DNA of 63,687 nucleotides, the filler included, from Pelomyxa schiedti (taxonomy: Eukaryota > Protista > Evosea): NCBI GenBank assembly GCA_020536535.1. It is 18 parts of 18 records of this genome, joined end to end, with 100 filler letters (N's around TTAATTAATTAA, not from the genome) between each part and the next. Parts side by side here need not be neighbours in the genome. Positions count along the whole stretch, not along the records: positions 61,618 to 63,687 come from JAHLWZ010002154.1; 17 more parts are not named here. One strand, 5' to 3'. Positions 61,518-63,687 of the stretch are shown piece after piece. The notes under the pieces are model-generated. The model saw nothing but the letters and a program-made list of their open reading frames with translations. It was not told the DNA's origin and ran no database searches. How positions within the stretch are numbered: the stretch's first letter is position 1; the number at the start of each line of letters is the position of its first letter. Position numbers and translations under genes: made by a program.

Positions 61518-62329
61518 NNNNNNNNNNNNNNNNNNNNNNNNNNNNNNNNNNNNNNNNNNNNTTAATTAATTAANNNNNNNNNNNNNNNNNNNNNNNNNNN
61601 NNNNNNNNNNNNNNNNNTCAACCTTAACAAAGCGTTGCTGAGGAAGGGGAAAATTGCAAGGGTGGGGAACCTCTCCCACAGAGGCCGGGATTTCACAATG
61701 TTTACCCTACAAAAGGGATTCAGATGGTTTAGAAGGAAATACCTTCTCTCATAAGTATGAATGGGAGACATACAGTTGCCCGGCAGTGCGAGTCTTCTGG
61801 GACCAGTGGGAATTGTTTCGCAGTAGATAACACAGGGTTATTGTGCTTGTAGGGTGCTGGGTTGGTTGCTGTGCTTGCAGGTATTGTGGGAGTGTATATA
61901 TAAGTGGGTGGCTGTTGTGGCTTTTGTTTTTGAAGTGAAATTGGAAGTGAATTTTGGATTGGCAGCTCGTGGTTGGGTGTTCCTCCCATAAGGCGGCCAC
62001 TGGCCGAATAGGAGACTCCAACCTCGCGCGGGTATGACAGATCCATTGGCGCTTAAACACCCAACCGTAGGCAGTTTGTGTATTATTGTTTTTGTTGTGT
62101 TTTGTGTTTTTCGATCGCTTCAAAGTCATTACTTTTTGGGGTTCCCCGAAACTTTCCTATCGTAATCCGCTGTAATCCTCATTCTCTCAGTCTCATTCGG
62201 CGACGAAAGTTTTCGGGACATAACGTCTACGCCAACTTGCGGGCGACATCAAGCTTGAACTTTTTCGTTTTATCCAATAACCAAGTTGTCGAATTGAACT
62301 TCCCGTAAACCATTCTTAGTCTCAGAACT

Positions 62330-63489
62330 CCAGTAAAGCCGCCATGGTGTCTTTGGGTTCCCACGACTGGGTTGGAGAAATGGAATGCACTTCTGTGCGA
62401 AGGCATCACGGATTTCTGTGGTTCAATGAAAAAATTGAGGACATTGGGTCATCACAGTGATACACAGCAAAGTTAAGCTCATTGGAAGTTGTTCTTGCCG
62501 TGTATGAAACACAGAACAACGAGTCCGTCACGCTGTACGCGCCCAGCACTTGAATGTCACCAGGGCCTGGCAGTATCAGGAGCTGGGAGGTGCTGAGGCA
62601 CCTGTTGTGCTCTCTTCCACACAGAATACTACAGACTTCTTCTGACCCATTGAGAAATACAACACAATGAAGAGCCGACTAGATGACAGCAAAGAATTGT
62701 GAGGATGATGACCACCATTCCGCAGAACTACCAGATCATGAAAGAGGAGAGGTGCAGGAGCAGAACAAGTGGTTGTGCTCAAAACAACTAGCTTCCTGTT
62801 GTTGTAGGTCTGTTCCATGTCAACCACCAAGATAGCTGTATTCCGTGACTACAACTTCCATGTCCACCGACTGGTTCATGCACAGTTTCACCCCAAACGT
62901 CTTGTTTGACACCAAACCCACTGCCACAGGCATTTCACAATCAAAGCAACAGCTTCACCATCACCAGTCCCCCTCAGCTGTTGATTGAAAACAGCCAATG
63001 TGGCCATGCTCTCCCCTCCTCTTCTCGTCCTTCTCCCCTGAAGCAACGGCCACCACTTGCAGTCCGCGGACATAGCCCACAAGTCCGTCTCATCGGAAAA
63101 CTCGAAATAGGTGGGTCCACGTCGTCGATGTACACAGAGTTCACTTCACCTTGCACTTCCAGTTGGTGCCACTGGTCAATCCATTGCCCGCAAAGCGGCG
63201 GGTTGTAAGGTACTTTGCCAGGACCCCGGGCCACGCTGAGGAGCATGGGCGACGCAACGAACGAGACAACAAATAGACACTGCCACTATCGGCACAGAGG
63301 CTCAGGTAGAAAAGCCTGAGGGTGGGGAGAACGAGGTCGTGCTGTGGTAGCGGACGAAGTGGTGGGCGTGGATGTGTCCCATAACCGCGAGCAGGGCGGC
63401 ATTGCACCGAGGGCCAGTGCCGCCATTTGGTCCCTCGTCATCGTCCTCACTGTGGAACTGACCAACGAATAACCACCATCATCAGTCAT
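62330..63489 (-). pseudogene. Frameshifted expanded family 1 gene
   Basis: MTRDQMAALAL start. Later family blocks (CKWW, FNQ..DEAV, LVVDMEQTYNNRKLVVLSTT, VFCVEESTTG) are split among several frames. Confidence 0.7.
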
Positions 63490-63571
63490 TGTGGATTATC
63501 GGAAAAAAACTCTGATGCATCAGCTGGTGAAGAATCAACAAGGAAACTGTCTTGTAGTAACAAAAAGTGGT

Positions 63572-63647
63572 AATTGGCTGAATAAAAAGAACACCAGACC
63601 GCCGATCCTGAGCGTTCCGGTCTGTTGATTATTTTATTCAGCCAATT
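63572..63647. repeat. 76-bp palindromic element (30-bp arms, 16-nt loop)
   Basis: AATTGGCTGAATAAAAAGAACACCAGACCG ... CGGTCTGTTGATTATTTTATTCAGCCAATT. The outer 16 bp and inner 7 bp pair perfectly. Confidence 0.85.
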
Positions 63648-63687
63648 TGAGTGTTAGCTCAGAAAATACTTTGGGAGAATGTATTGT

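Overview
This window is not one contiguous locus. It is about 18 separate contigs joined by artificial 100-nt linkers (44 N + TTAATTAATTAA + 44 N), plus three plain 100-N scaffold gaps, so adjacency across a linker means nothing. Almost all of it is intron-rich eukaryotic protist DNA with short GT-AG introns. By inference it is an anaerobic archamoeba, most like Pelomyxa. Recognisable housekeeping genes are cornichon/Erv14, a CHERP-like SURP+CID splicing factor, THOC6 and an Fcf2-domain protein. Also present are two tandem STE20/PAK-like probable pseudokinases, an atypical Rho GTPase, 3CxxC zinc-finger genes, a PA14 + Cys-repeat secreted protein, an ankyrin + multi-TM protein and SPRY-type genes. 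Many intronless members of two expanded lineage-specific families also occur. One 1.2-kb contig (7652-8850) is prokaryotic, probably a Methanomicrobiales methanogen (Sua5/TsaC + nucleotidyltransferase), and plausibly an endosymbiont. The most system-like signal is a gene with 16 LRRs built one repeat per exon from homologous exon+intron cassettes (38041-40400), a candidate recombination-diversified receptor. There is also a decayed LINE RT, a MITE-like element and a small dispersed palindromic element. All exon structures and family calls were made by eye, without database searches.
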